DNA of 64,000 nucleotides from the human T2T-CHM13v2.0 reference genome, Homo sapiens (GCF_009914755.1 NC_060932.1), one strand, 5' to 3'. Positions 28,274 through 42,476 are shown, numbered from the stretch's first letter. Translations and numbers: made by a program. Notes: generated from the letters alone by a model not told the origin.

Positions 28274-29440
28274 ACCATTTTTACTCAGCTTCAAAATATA
28301 CTGATAGGTAAATCCAGGGATTAAAAAGACAAACTTCTTTGTAGAAGTATTCACAGCCAAGTTACATTAAATGCCACGGCTCTTTTGGGCTTCCAACACA
28401 GTATTTTAAGTGGTTACAAATGTCTGTTTATGAACAGCTTGCTTCCTAAGATAACGTCCGGGGCCAAAACTCAGAAGGAGTAAGAGGCAACTGCCTCAAA
28501 GGTACTCAGGCTGCGGGTAAACATTTGACGGAATAAATGCTCTTTATTCACAGCCTGTGTTGAAATCTCCCTGAGGATGACTCACCATGCCTTTTCCCAA
28601 CATCAGGCCCAGGAAGCCACGGACTTTCCCATGTCATCACTGACTTGCAAGCCTGGGGCAAAACCACAGTCCACCCAGCACAGAACTTGGTTCTGCGACC
28701 AGAACCAAAGATGAACTTGTACCCTAGGAAGATGTGGTCTTCTAAGCCTGACAAAGGACGTCAATTTTCCCCATTCCTCTCTCTTAATTCATAATAGAAG
28801 GGTTTGGTTAATTACACCTGGGATAATGAATAACTAAAAATGTGTTCTTCGCTACGTAAACAGAACACATTCTCTATTCATTTACAGTTAACATTTCAAC
28901 TTCCTCTTAGTCTCACCTCCCAGGACAAGATCAATGGACCTACATTCATCTAACCACATTGTCGATTTTCCAGGCTTCTTATTTTCTCCATCTTTTTTCT
29001 AGTTGAAGATTCCTCATTGTTTTAGACTTTCTTCATCACAGCTCTCACATGGCAGTCCAGATTTGGGTTATTTTTAATCTTTTTGGAGTTATTTCAAGTT
29101 GTTTGTCTAGTTTAAATCCAGGCAGACTTCAAGATTTTTCCCTTTGTTCCTGTACAACACTGGTGAAAGGAGGGTGCTCCACGGAAGCTGGATTTGAATG
29201 CTAGAAAAGGAACAAGGTATTCTAACAGTGTTCTTGCCACAACTTTCACCGTCAGACCTTAAAATCTGAGTGCTGTAGGGAAATTAAAACCATCTATTGT
29301 CCTCATATTATAACTAGAGGAATAGAAGCCCAGACAAAATCAAACAACTTGCTCCAGCTCCCATGAAGAAAACCCTGTCTCTTCTACTTCTTCCTATTCT
29401 ATTTAGCTACTTCACCCAATTCATCTATGAACATTTTCTC

Positions 29441-29722
29441 AGCCAGGTGTGGTTGCTCACACCTGTAATCCCAGCACTTTTGGAGGCTGAGGCGGGTGAA
29501 TCACTTCAGGTCAGGAGTTCAGACCAGCCTGGCCATCATGATGAAACCCTGTCTCTACTAAAAAATATAAAGATTAGCCAGGTGTGGTGGTGAGTGCCTG
29601 TAATCCCAGCTACTCAGGAGGGAGAGGAGGTGGGCGGATAGCTTCAACCCAGGAGGCAGAGGTTACAGTGAGCCGATATTGTGCTACTGCACTCCAGCCT
29701 AATTGACAAACCAAGACTGTCC
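29441..29722 (+). mobile_element. AluS
   Basis: Full dimer whose tail expands into the purine microsatellite. Confidence 0.93.
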
Positions 29723-29723
29723 C

Positions 29724-29800
29724 GGGAGAGAAAGAGAGAAAAGACACAAAGAAAGACAAGAAAGAAACACAAGAAACAAGAAAGAAAGAAGAAAGAAAGC

Positions 29801-29895
<95 letters not shown>

Positions 29896-29946
29896 GAAGT
29901 GAGGAAGGGAGGAAGGGAGGAAGGGAGAGACAGAGAGAGAGAGAAA

Positions 29947-29985
<39 letters not shown>

Positions 29986-30028
29986 GAAGGAAGGAAGGAA
30001 GGAAGGAAGGAAGGAAGGAAGGAAGGAA

Positions 30029-30085
<57 letters not shown>

Positions 30086-30094
30086 GGAAAGAAA
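29724..30094. repeat. Compound (GAAA)n/(GA)n/(GGAA)12 purine microsatellite
   Basis: Read directly; GGAA x12 at 29985-30032. Confidence 0.97.
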
Positions 30095-30124
30095 TCTCAT
30101 CACAATATCAAAAGACATAATTTC

Positions 30125-30433
30125 AGCCAGGTGCACAGGCTCATGCCTGTAATCCCAGCAAGTTGTGAGGCAGAAGTGGGTGGATCGCTTGAGCTCTGGA
30201 GTTTGAGACCAGCCTGCCAAACATGGCGAAACCCCATCTCTACCAAAAAAAAAAAAAAAAAAATACAAAAATTAGCTGGGTGTTGTGGCACATGCCCCTC
30301 ATTCCAGCTACTCAGGAGGCTGAGGTTAGGGGGACTGCTTGAGCCCAGGAGGTTGAGGCTGAAGTGAGCTGAGATCACACCACTGCACTCCAGCCTGAGC
30401 AATAGAGCAAGACCCTGTCTCAAAAAACAAAAA
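30125..30433 (+). mobile_element. AluJ
   Basis: Full dimer; TSD AAAGACATAATTTC / AAAGACATTATTTC. Confidence 0.95.
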
Positions 30434-31543
30434 TCAAGACATTATTTCTATTCTACCTTAGTGCTTAAAGAGTGAAGTGATTTAATTATGACTTCTCACA
30501 ACGGTAAGAGAACAATGAACTGCAATGAGAGAGTCAGTCGTGTTCCACCCCCTTTGAACCAAGGCTGATGAATTATGAACAAGTCAAGGCCCTTAATGCA
30601 ACATGACCACAAAACGGCAGTAAGGAGAAGGTACTTGAAACCCTAAGACTAACGTCTCTTCCTCAGATCAGGAGAGCTTTCAAAGAGCTGCAAAGGTCAT
30701 TTGCTGCTTCGTGATCAAAAATGTAAAAATCATAGGCCATAAATCACTAACTTAAGCCACAGAAAATGTAATGTAAGATTATACCATCCACATATTTTCA
30801 TTATAAGGGTATTACATACTGGTAAGAATTCAAAAATCTGATAAAGCATATAAAAAAGTATTAAACTCAATGAACGATCATGGAATTTCCTCCAACTAAA
30901 TATTTTAAGAAGAAATAGAATTAAAGCGCAGATCACAACTGTGAAAATGAGCATAGTGAAGTTGAACTGAAGGAAACCTAACCATTCAAATATTAGAAGA
31001 AGCTAGAAAGTAAGAATATAAAAACTTGACCAGCATATATTACATCCTTTAACTTTTCCAGAGAGAGAAATACAACTGGCTCCCAAATATGAAACATGGT
31101 CATCTACACAATGAAAAATAGTTTTCATAGATTTTTCCTATATTTTGTTCAAAAATGCAAAAAAGGAATGGTAAAATCACACAGCATCTCATCACTGCTT
31201 TCCTCTGTTCCTTTAATTGCACCCTCATCTCTGCAGTCACCTCAGGGACAAAGTTTGGGGACAGACACCCCTCAGCTTCCTTAGCCACTCATAGCTCAAT
31301 CTCTGTCTTGCACATACATGCACGGTTACACACACACACACACACACAACTTTATCAAAAAAGGCAATCATTCCACATGAGCCTTTGTTTTTGTAATTTT
31401 AGAATTTAAAAACTAAAAAATTATTAAGAAGTTGAATCCTTAAGTAACATAAGAAAAAAGTATTCTTAAATAACTGATCAATTACTTCATGAGTAAACTC
31501 AAACCCAAAGATTCCTAGCTGTATACATCTAAAATGCCAATCT

Positions 31544-31840
31544 ATTTTATTTTCATTTTTGAGACCAAGTCTTGCTCTGTCACACAGGTTGGAATGTAGT
31601 GGCATGATCTTGGCTCACTACAACCTCCACCTCCTCAGTTCAAGCAATTCTCTTGCCTCAGCCTCCCAAGTAGCTGGCATTAAAGGCGAGCGCCACCATG
31701 CCTGGCTGATTTTTGGATTATTAGGAGATGGGGTCTCACCATGTTGCCCAGGCTGGTCTTGAACTCCTGACCTCAGGTGATCCACCAGACTAGGCCTCAC
31801 AAAGTGCTGGGATTACAGGAGTGAGCCACTGTGCCCGGCC
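31544..31840 (-). mobile_element. AluS
   Basis: TSD TGCCAATCTATTT / TGCCAATTTATTT. Confidence 0.95.
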
Positions 31841-32412
31841 TGCCAATTTATTTAAAATGGGAAAATGGGATCAATCACGTTGGATAAGGAACACCCTTCT
31901 TGAAATACTAGGAAACCTTTTGAAATACTGTAATAATCTATGAATTTCCAGTGATCAAAGTATTCATTTCTCACCAAAATGCTTCTGCAGAAAAACAACT
32001 TATTACAGATGAATATTTACAGGCTCTCAAACAAATTCTGTGTAAAACAAAAGGTCTCAGATACAGCAGGCTTCTTGGAGTCTAGACATGTGGATTTCAT
32101 TCAAAAGTATGTTGATCATTTGCTATTTGGCTTTGAGAAAATAATTTAATCATTGAAAATTTACCTCCATTTCCCCAATAGGAATTTGAGTAGATTTGCA
32201 AATGCAAGCACTAGTCTAACCCAGCAGACATGCAACCACAGAAGAGGAAAATGACTACCATCTATGTTTCTGGAAGCAAACAACTTTCTCTTCAATTTTA
32301 TTAATATGTACCCTTGCTTAATAAATTTCATCCCGAGATGGAGGACACTATCATAAAAACTACAAACATTCAAAGCACATGGTTACTCTACCAAACCAAA
32401 TAAAAACTGTAA

Positions 32413-32762
<350 letters not shown>

Positions 32763-32789
32763 GTAAACCATGTCTTTCAGAAGCCATTT

Positions 32790-33295
32790 CTAATGTTGTG
32801 GCAACATTAATTTGCATGCTGAAAACAGCTTATTGCAGCATGAAGGCCCTCCAGATACTATTCAAACTTACCTTTCAGTTTCATCTCCCAGCCCCTCACC
32901 TGCATGTCTCCTGCAGTCCTGTGGACAAACAACTCACTCTCCCCTCAAAATGCCTCCTTTCCCATTTCTTTTATATTTTATTATTTCCACCTGGAATTCT
33001 TCAATTATCCCATGTCTACCTACTCCTACCTACCAAAATTCCTAATTCTGTAGTTCATTGCCATGTCCCCTACTCCCTGCACATTTGCCTGTCCCCAGAT
33101 CGCATGCAACTTCTTCCTTCTTTCAATCTGTAATGTGGCTTTCCTACTCATCCTGGGCACTGTTTTTGCACTTATAATCCCACTTTGGAGAGTTCAGGGA
33201 CTATTTTTAAATGACCTCCACAGTCTCCTTCAGTGCCCATTGCAGTACCTTATAACTAGTAGAATCTCAGTGAGCTTTTGTGGAATTGAATAATC
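32790..33295 (+). mobile_element. L2 3' fragment
   Basis: Pyrimidine-rich, ending AGTAGAATCTCAGTGAGCTTTTGTGGAATTGAAT. Confidence 0.55.
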
Positions 33296-34475
33296 TGTTA
33301 CATAAAATCCTCCTTCCCAAAAATCAATCTGTATCCCCTGAATAAAAATTGTACCATTTTAACAACAGAAGATTACTGCAGCCAAGTTATATCCTGAACA
33401 TTTCACTTTAGTTTATTAGCTTTTTAAATGTTAATAAGAAAATGTCATTAAATATATATGTACATACATACATAATGCCTTCTAAGGTGCTGGAATCACT
33501 GCCCCTATATTATTCTTATGCCATCTCTGAAGGGTCAGAAATGACATTTATTTTATACACAGGAAACCAAGGATCAACCGACTAATAAGTAGGTGATATC
33601 AACCCTCAGACCAGAACTGATTATGCACTACTGAAGACAAAAAAAAAAAAAAAAAAAGAGAAAATAGAAACCTTCTCTCAAGCAGCTTGTCATTTGCTTG
33701 TAGAAAAAAGATAACACATGAGACAAGTACAGCATATGTGCTTAAAGCATTTCTATGGTTTCTGTCCTAAAATAGATTGAGCCAGATTCTACTTGGCTTC
33801 CGGCACAAGTAGCTTTTGGCCCCTTTGGTTAATGTCCATTGTAAATATGACTCCCCTGAAGCCCAGCTCCAAGAACTGCACTGTGTGCTTGGCCTACTCC
33901 ACAAGTGCCATGGGGACTTAAGGGAGGACAAGGCCAGAGTAGTTACAGAAGACCTTAAAAGGAAGTCAAAACTCAAACTGACATTAGACGAAAACAAAAT
34001 TTGAAATGGTGACCAGAAAAAGTGCAGCCTAGAAAGGAGACAGAAGCCAGACTTGGAGATGGTTATTACCAGAATTAGCCCAGAGTGGAGGGCAGGAAGA
34101 GTTAAGTCAACTGACTGGCCTGAAGGGTGTTGGAAAGAGCCAGGGTGGAATGGGGAATAGAAAAGGCAAGGACAGGCTCAAAACCCAGCAGTCAGCTAAG
34201 CACAGAACCCATGCCAGACCCTGAAGGTTCTAAGATGGCCCTCGACAATATTCTCTGCCTGCAACTGGAAGGCTTTGATTCTGCTCTCTTCAATCCTCTA
34301 TTCAGCCATTCCCTATGGATGAACTAGTTAGGTGTACACGACAAATTCACAGGCAACAATGTTGTTTTCAAGCTCCAATTACAGAGGTAACCCATTTTTA
34401 TTATGGAAAATATGGAAAACCCACAAGTAAAATTTATAAAGTTAACGCCCACCAATATCATAATCCAACCACATT

Positions 34476-34745
34476 TCCTTCACTCGTTTATTCACCAAGT
34501 ACAGTATTTATCAGAATCTGCTACACCCCAAATGTTGTTCTAGGCTTCTGGGACATATAGTGAGAAAAACAGACAAACTTCCCTGCCCTCCCGCAACTTA
34601 TATTCTATTAGGAGAGAAACACAAAAGTCATTGATAAAGACAAGTAAATGTCAAGTATGTTAAAAGGTAGTAGGGACGAAGTAAAGAGTAGAGCAGGGTA
34701 AAAGGATTGGGAGTGCGGGGTGGTGGGGGGAGCTACAAACTTAGG
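34476..34745 (-). mobile_element. L2a 3' end
   Basis: TATTTATCAGAATCTGCTAC...GTTCTAGGCTTCTGGGACATATAGTGAGAAAAACAGACAAA. Confidence 0.75.
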
Positions 34746-36994
34746 GGAGTCAACTTGCTCTAAATTGAGAATATAGATTTACCAAATTGAGATCCTACTG
34801 TTTTATTGGCTTTTTTCCCACTTATTATATAATGAGGATATCCCCAAGCCATTAAATATTCTTTTGCAATATAACTTTTAATGACTGCAGAGAATTCCAT
34901 CTCATGAATGTACCACATATGCACCATAATTAACTGTTCTACTCATTGGGGCAGTTAGATGTTTTTTAAAAAAGCTATTATAAATAACGCTTCCATTTCC
35001 TTAAAAGCAACATAAAGTGGTACATTTACATAGAATTTGGTACAAATGGTGTTAAGGCTCATGATATACTTGAGCTGCATAGGGCATCAGTATCTTAAAG
35101 CAATGTGCTCAGATTCTTTGTCTCCCTCTCTTTCTGTCAAGGTTCCTGCCTCCCACACATGGCAATTTTTTCCATCAAGCTCATGGAATTTCTTCGGCTT
35201 TCCCATGTCTCCATCAGCTTCTCTGTATATCAAATACTCTATGTATCAGAGGAGAACTCTTCCTTAGACGCCTAACACAGTAGCAGGAACAGAGAAGAAC
35301 ATGCAATACCCATTAGATTAATAAATGAACAAAAAAAATTGAGTGTTCATAAACACTCTGGCTTCCATACAGCCAGGGAGATGCCTGGCAATGTTTCTCT
35401 TCTCCCACCTTTCACCGTAAGGAGTGAGTCATATCTCAGACATATTCAGCATCGCTTTAACAAGACTGCAAAGTATTTCCCTGAATGCCTTTAGGATGCT
35501 GGAAACCACCATTCAACCTGGACAGCTAAAGAATACTATTGACTATCTAATATAAATGCTTAATAGCAGAAAACCCTTGCATTATTTTCCTTCTTTCCAG
35601 TCACTTATAGATGACATTTATATAATGCCTTACACTGGTAACATAAATGAAAAGCATCTTTTTAATAGTTCATAAACCAACATTCCGAATTCCAACCATA
35701 GCATTATTTAGCTGCTGCTCTTATCAAAAAGAAACTTATTTTTTATACTGTCACACCAAGATGAAAAAGCCTGAAAATGATTTGTAGAAAAGTTAGTGAA
35801 CAAGAAAATACTGCACTCAAAAAATAAAAATAAAAAAACAGGCTACATCAGTTATTCATCACTTGAAGCTGCTTCAGTCTGGGTTCATGCTACTGAGTGA
35901 TTAGAGTTTCACTGTTTAGCCAATGGAAACCTCTGAGTTTTAACCACTGTATCTCACTGCTTCTAGAAGTCTCAACATCCTCTTTCCAAGGCCCTCTTTT
36001 CAGAGTTCGAAGTGAAATCAAAGAGCCATCTCAAAACATTTCCTAATTTATAATGTAGCCTTAGAACAAGGGGCAAATGTCGTCTTACACACACCAGCAG
36101 TGAGAACACACACCCGCTGTGACCATTGTCCTTTCTGAGAAGGACCCACACAGCCATTCATCCACTGCACTAAAAATGGACTCCGATGCAAGGAACAAAG
36201 GGGATATGGGACTCAGAGCCTTCACTGGGATTCCAGGTTTGAGTATTGGTGCTACGTAACTACTGCAGCTTCACAACTAACCTGGCTGTGTTTCAAAGGC
36301 ACTGAAAGTGGAGAAGGTGAAGACTCTAGGAACAACGATTGTTTCAACTTGCTCATGCTCAGGACTGTAGATGCATGCGACAGCTCTTTATCATTCATCA
36401 TCATGAGATCTGGTCACAGCAAACCAAGACGGCAGGGACAATGAGACCAAAGTTGCTATGCACTATGTGGTCTCAGCTGGCTTCCACACTGTTACACACC
36501 ACTCTTGTCTGTCTTCAAGATGCACCACAGGAGAAAAGAGTGAAAGCCACGTGTATTTCCATCTTTAATTCCCATCGCTATCCTGAGAAATGATCTGATG
36601 GGAAACAAGCAACCCAGTTCCAGTAGGTAAGAGTTAGAAATGAATTTGTCTGCTTCTACCACGTGCTAATGTTCCATACCCCAAAGGTGGGTGTGTGGAT
36701 GTCAACATCTTAGCACACTTGTTACCATACAATTTCTGCAGCGTTCTTTTGAAACAGAGTTTTAAAAGAATAGAAATTAACCCTATGAAATTCCTTTTTG
36801 TGAAGAAGTACTCTGAAAATATTGTTTGTCTTTTGGTGCACTCAACCAACAAATATTTAGTGAGTGCCTATCCTGTGCCAGGCACTATTCTAGGCACCCA
36901 AAATATATTACTGAAAAGATAAATGCAGAGAACTTGTCATCTAAGAGCTTAGGTGAAGGGCAGAAGGCACAGAGATATCTAAGAAGTCAGATCT

Positions 36995-37290
36995 GGTTGG
37001 GAAGTGGCTCACACCTGTCATCCCAACACTTTGGGAGGCCAAGGCAGGCAGATCACTTAAGGTCAGGACTTCAAGACCAGCCTGGCCAACATGGCAAAAT
37101 CCCGTCTTTACTAAAAATACGAAAAAAGAATTAGCCAGGTGTGGTGGCGGACAACTGTAGTGACAGCTACTCAGGAGGCTGAGGCAGGAGAATTGTTCGA
37201 ACCTGGGAGGTGGAGGTTGCAGTGAGCTAAGACAGTGCCACTGCGCTCCAGCCTGGGTCACAAAGTGTGACTGTGTCTCAAAAAAAAAAA
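36995..37290 (+). mobile_element. AluS
   Basis: Full dimer. Confidence 0.95.
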
Positions 37291-38139
37291 TTTTAAGGGA
37301 GGTCTGATGAATGCAGTGAATAATGCACAATAAGAGGGGATCAAGAGGAATGGAGGTGGTATCTCAGCAGAGATCAGAAGTTGAGTGAGAGATAATCCTG
37401 CAGATATGGTGGCAGGGGGGAAGACGGAAGAAGGAAAAAGACCCTGAGGCAGGACAATGTCAGATTCAAAGGTGAAGGCGACTGCAGAAGCTGGGTGTTT
37501 AGAGCCAGAGGAGGGAGAAGAACAGTGGGAAAAGGCAGGAATGGGCAATGGGGAGAGATGACCCTACCACGGCAGAAGTCACTCCAGGACCCTGGCCTTT
37601 ATCCGCAGTGATAGGTAAGCAGTGATTGGTGGAGGGCAGTGGTGTGAAATAAAGCTTGACAGAATCTAACTTACCATCTAACTTACCGTGAGGTGAAGAA
37701 CAGACTGAAGGGAAATAACTGGGAGCAGGGAGGGCAGTTAGGAGGCAGTGATGGCTCTGTATGTGAGAAATGATCCCCTGGAAACGCGAAGAAGTTGTCT
37801 GGTTGTAGATATATTTTGAAAAAAAAAATCATAAGTAGCTAATGGCTTAGATTTGGGTATGAGAGAATGAGAGGGGTCATGGATGAATCCAGAGTTTCTG
37901 GCCTGAACAATGAAAGCAGGGCATTGCCCATCTTGAAGTAGGGGAAGACCAAGGCAGAAGGTCAAGAATCCATCTTGAGACTCAAAGTTGAGATGCTCAA
38001 TTGACATCTTCTAGATGAAGATACTGAGTTCTGGGAAGAAATCCAGGCAAGAAATAAAAGTCTGGTGAGAGGTCCAGGCAACACAGGTAAATCTGAGAGT
38101 TGCCAATAGGGTATTTAAAGTCATGGAGCTATCATGGTA

Positions 38140-39065
38140 AGTGCCCAGCCATTCTTCCTCTGCTCACAACTAGAAATTCTCAACAAAATATAAACAGCAA
38201 CTACCTGAGAACTAGGAAAACAAAACAAAATCAGGCAGGTTGTAGAGAGGAGTCAAATGTTGGCAAAGTAACCTAAGATAGGGTTAATTTCCTTCCCCCA
38301 CTTTCCCTGCTCCTACTTCTCTAACGGCCTTGCCCCAAGGGTGGGCACCAGTCACAGAGGTCCACAATCAGATAAATCTTACAGAAATCAAAGAGGAAAA
38401 GGGATTCTTATGAATCAGAAAATGAGTGGAACCACAGAGAGGAGAGAGCTGGAGAGAGAGATCCTCTAATTCTTCTCCCTCCCATCCCTCCCCCCAGACA
38501 GAGTCTCCTCTGACACCAAGGCTGGAGTGAGTACAGTGGCGCGATCTTGGCTCCCTATCATCTCCGCCTCCTGAGTTCAAGTGATTCTCCTGCCTCAGCC
38601 TCCTGAGTAGCTGGGATTACAGGCACGTGCCACCACATCCAGCTAATTTTTTTAATTTTTAGTAGAGACAGGGTTTCACTGTGTTGGCCAGGCTGGTCTC
38701 AAACTCCTAACCTCGTGATCCACCTCAGCCTCCTAAAATGCTAGGATTACAAGTGTAAGCCACTGTGCCCTGCGCCCTAATTCTATATATGAACCTCCAC
38801 CCCACTCTGCCCAAGGTCTCAGGTTCATCCAAGTCACATGCGGGCAGGACACACTCAAAGCGATATAACAGAGACCTGAGGACTGAACCAAGATTCACAC
38901 CAGGGCCCAAATCTCAAAGTAATCCCTGGTGATACAATTTCAGGAGAGACCCAAAGTGGAAAGCCAGGGCTTTAAAAATCTCAACTCACACTGGAAACAC
39001 CACCAATAGAGATCGAGACAGAACTACTTGCAGCCTGAACCTAACCACGATGGATGGTGGTTGTC

Positions 39066-39103
<38 letters not shown>

Positions 39104-39650
39104 CCAGATTACAAAAGGAACCAGAGTTTACACAAGATAACATTCACAATGTTCAGGACAATGCAAAATTACTCAAGGCACAAAGAAATGGAGAAATGTC
39201 ACCAGTTTCCAACGGAAAAGACAATCAACGGATGCCAACTCCAACATGACCCAGATGTTAGAATTATCAAGTGAAGGCTTTAGAGCAGCTATTTTAGCTA
39301 TGTTCCATAAGGCAAATGCTCTTGAAATAAATGGAAAGCTGGGCATTCCCAGCAGGGAAACAGGAACTATAAAAAAGAACCCAGTGGAAATTATAGAACT
39401 GAAAACCAGAATATCTGAAATCCAAAATTCACGGAATCGTCTTGAAGCAGAATGGAGGTAACAGTCAAGAAAAGTCAGTACTTGAACATCAACAGAAACT
39501 ATTCTATCTGAAGAACAAAGAATAAAGACTGAACGATTATAATAAATTCAGCCTCAGTAACTTGTGGAATGATATCAAAAGATGTAATACATGCTGTGTA
39601 GTATAAGAAGGAACAGAGGAAGAAATTAAGACCAAAAATCAACATTTGCA
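38140..39650 (+). mobile_element. L1M 5' UTR/ORF1 fragment
   Basis: ATGACCCAGATGTTAGAATTATCA...ATAGAACTGAAAACCAGAATATCTGAAAT...AGCAGAATGGAG. Confidence 0.75.
38495..38776 (-). mobile_element. AluS with the poly-A tail replaced by a G/A-rich tract
   Basis: Reverse-complement dimer; TSD CTAATTCT. Confidence 0.92.
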
Positions 39651-40102
39651 GAAACAGTCATGGAACTTGGTAAGAACACCTATAAATTAAGCAGCAGGAG
39701 GAAAAAGCCTCGGGAGCCGCACAAGCATTGTCCACTGTTTAGACATTGGCAAGAGGAAGAGAAACCATCAACCCAGACAGGATTGGAAGGATCTTTCAGG
39801 AAGACAACTGGGAGGCTCGGTACTGGAACCAAAGGAAGAAAATCAAGAAGAAAGGAGTGAACCATCATGTCAAACACTACTGATAAATGAAGCCCGATTA
39901 GAACTGAGAGCAACCAACCAATGGATTTGACAATGAAAGAGTTATTAGTAGCATTGACAAGACCAGTCTCGTAGAGGACTAGAGACAAAAGTCAAACTAA
40001 AGAGGATCAAGAAAAGAAAGGAGAAGGAGTGTAGAAAATTCTTTCAGTAAAAGGGAAGAAAGAATGCACCAGAAGCTAAACAGAGGTGGCTTTGAGAATG
40101 CT

Positions 40103-40402
40103 TTTTTTTTTTCCTCCTAAAACAGAGTCTCACTCTGTCACCCAGGATGGAATACAGTCTTATAATCTCTACTCACTGCAGCCTTGAGTTTTTGGGCTCA
40201 AGTGATCCTTCCACCTCAGTCTCCTGAGTAGCTGGGACCACAGGCATGCACCACCACGCCTAGCTAATTTTTTTATATTTTTTATAGAGACAGCATTTTG
40301 CCATGTTGGCTAGGCTGGTCTTGAAGTCCTGACCTCAAGTCACCCTCCCACCTCGGCCTCCCAAAGTGCTGGGATTACAGGTGTGAGCCACCATGCCCAG
40401 CC
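40103..40402 (-). mobile_element. AluJ/S
   Basis: Reverse-complement dimer. Confidence 0.95.
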
Positions 40403-40915
40403 GCGAGTACATTTTGTAAGATGAAAGATATTTCTGTATGCTGATGAGATGACACAGTAGAGAAGAAAAACTAATGGTACCAGGACAGATTAACCAACAT
40501 TAGAACAATGACCTTCAGTAAGTGAGAAGGACAGGAGCTAGCACCCAAAAAGGGCAGGGCTTTGGCATGTGCAGGGCCAGAGTATGCACATTTTAGCTAG
40601 AAGGAAATCAGTCTATAAGTTCAGATGTGGATAGGTTTGTAAATTTAGTATTGAATGTAAATACTGTCTTCATAATGTTTTTACTTCAGCGAAGTAAGAA
40701 GCAGGGTCACCAGCTGATATTAAGGAAAGGTGAGATGTTGAAGGTTGAGGAGAAAGGTAAAGCCAGAGAGTTTCTGGACTAGGGAAATAGGTAAAGCAGA
40801 AATTCAGCAGGGGCATAGGTAGGAATTTTTAGGGAATGTTAAAGGTCACAGATGACTGCAATTTTCAAATTGTCTGAAAAACAATTAGAAGACTGTTTTT
40901 CAATAAAACAATTAC

Positions 40916-41115
40916 TGGCCAACATGGTGATTCCCCAACTCTACTGAAAAACAAAAAATTAGCTGGATGTGATGGTGGGCACCTATAATCCCAGCTACTT
41001 GGGAGGCTGACATGCTTGAGCCCAGGAGGTGGAAGCTGCAGTGAGCAGAATCGTGCCACTGCATTCTAGCCTTGGCCACCCTGAGACTCTTATCTCAAAC
41101 AAACAAAAAAAAAAA
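40916..41115 (+). mobile_element. 5'-truncated Alu
   Basis: Starts at TGGCCAACATGG; TSD about AAAAnAATTAC. Confidence 0.9.
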
Positions 41116-42164
41116 TTACCCCACTAAATGCTACTTAGTCATACTGCAAATATGTTTCCTAAATTGTTTTCTCAGGGACTAATCCCAAGTTTTAGGGAAT
41201 CACTATTAACCTTAACACTCAGCATACCGGGGCAAAAAGGCCTAACAAGAAGTATCCAGACATCTCTGCATAGAGGGCTCTTTAGAATTAGCATGTAATA
41301 CTGAAACCTAACAAACAGGCAAAGTTTTCGGATTGGGACTCCAGACTGAGAATTCTTCAAATAACCAACGACAGAGTACAAAAATGATTCCAGGATAAGT
41401 CACCAGGAAGGGTAACTATTACAGAAAGGTAGAACTCATTTTGTCCTCATAGCTAAGCAGTTACTGATTATGTCTGACGTAAATGCAAGTCAGGCGCGTA
41501 ATAGAAAATGTAAATAGGCTCCAGGAATGTCCCTGTGTCCCCAGCTCATTAAGCAGAGAAGAAAGTCCAAGACAAACAGTGTAAAGGAAAATGTCAACAA
41601 TAAAGTCATCACTGGTGGGACCTCAAGGCAGCAGAGTGGAATCACAACTAGATCCTGCAATGTAACTAACCAAAATCTTAGGAATTTTTTTTTACAAAGC
41701 AGAAATTCCATACGTTTTGACCCACGAAGGGGAGAGCTTCAGCACATGAAACAGATTCGTCTGGAGTAATAGGAAGTATGTCCAAATGAGGGAGGAGGCA
41801 TCCAAAAGGACAAGACCTGGTAAGTGACACCAAGCAGGTAAGACCAGGAAGCCCTCATTATAATGACAGTAACTACAACAATAATAGAAACCAATGCAAT
41901 TAGTGGTTACTCACTAACGGCCATCCCATGCTGGGAGCTTGACTGTCTCCTCTGGTATCACTTAATCCTGACATAAAGATTAAGTAGGAGATATCATTAT
42001 CCCTATTCTATGAATAAGGAAACAGTCTTACAAACGTTATGCAATCAATAGTGTAGAAAAATTTCATAAAGACTTGAAAAACTTTCATAATTATTCTATG
42101 TACAGGAACTCTTCTTAAAGGTAAGGAAATTCAAGACAGCAGCAAAGCCATAAGAAACTTCCTC

Positions 42165-42476
42165 TTGGGTGCAGTGGCTCACACCTCTTATCCCAGCACT
42201 TTGGGAGGCCGAGTAACGTGGATCGCTTGAGCTCAGGAGTTCGAGGCCAGCCTGGGCAACATGATAAACCCCCGTTTCTACAAACAAAATACAAAAATTA
42301 GTGGGGTTTGGTGATGTGCATCTCTAGTTCCAGCTACTTGGGAGGCTGAGGTGAGAGAACTGGCTTGAGCTCAGGGAGGTCGAGGCTGCAATGAGCCATG
42401 ATCATGCCACTGTACTCCAGCCTGGGCAACAGAGGGAGATCCTGCCTCAAAAAATAAAAAATAAAATAAAATAAAA
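42165..42476 (+). mobile_element. AluJ
   Basis: Full dimer. Confidence 0.95.

Larger units (their letters stand above)
36830..40850 (-). mobile_element. Long L2 split by Alus and an L1M 5' fragment
   Basis: CAACAAATATTTAGTGAGTGCCTATCCTGTGCCAGGCAC, GAGTTTCTGGCCTGAACA, GGTATTTAAAGTCATGG, then resumes near 39650 (ATGGATTTGACAATG). Confidence 0.7.

Noticed and set aside
29681-30268. K/E/R-rich and F/L/S-rich ORFs of up to 189 aa
   Set aside because: Translations of the purine microsatellite and flanking Alus
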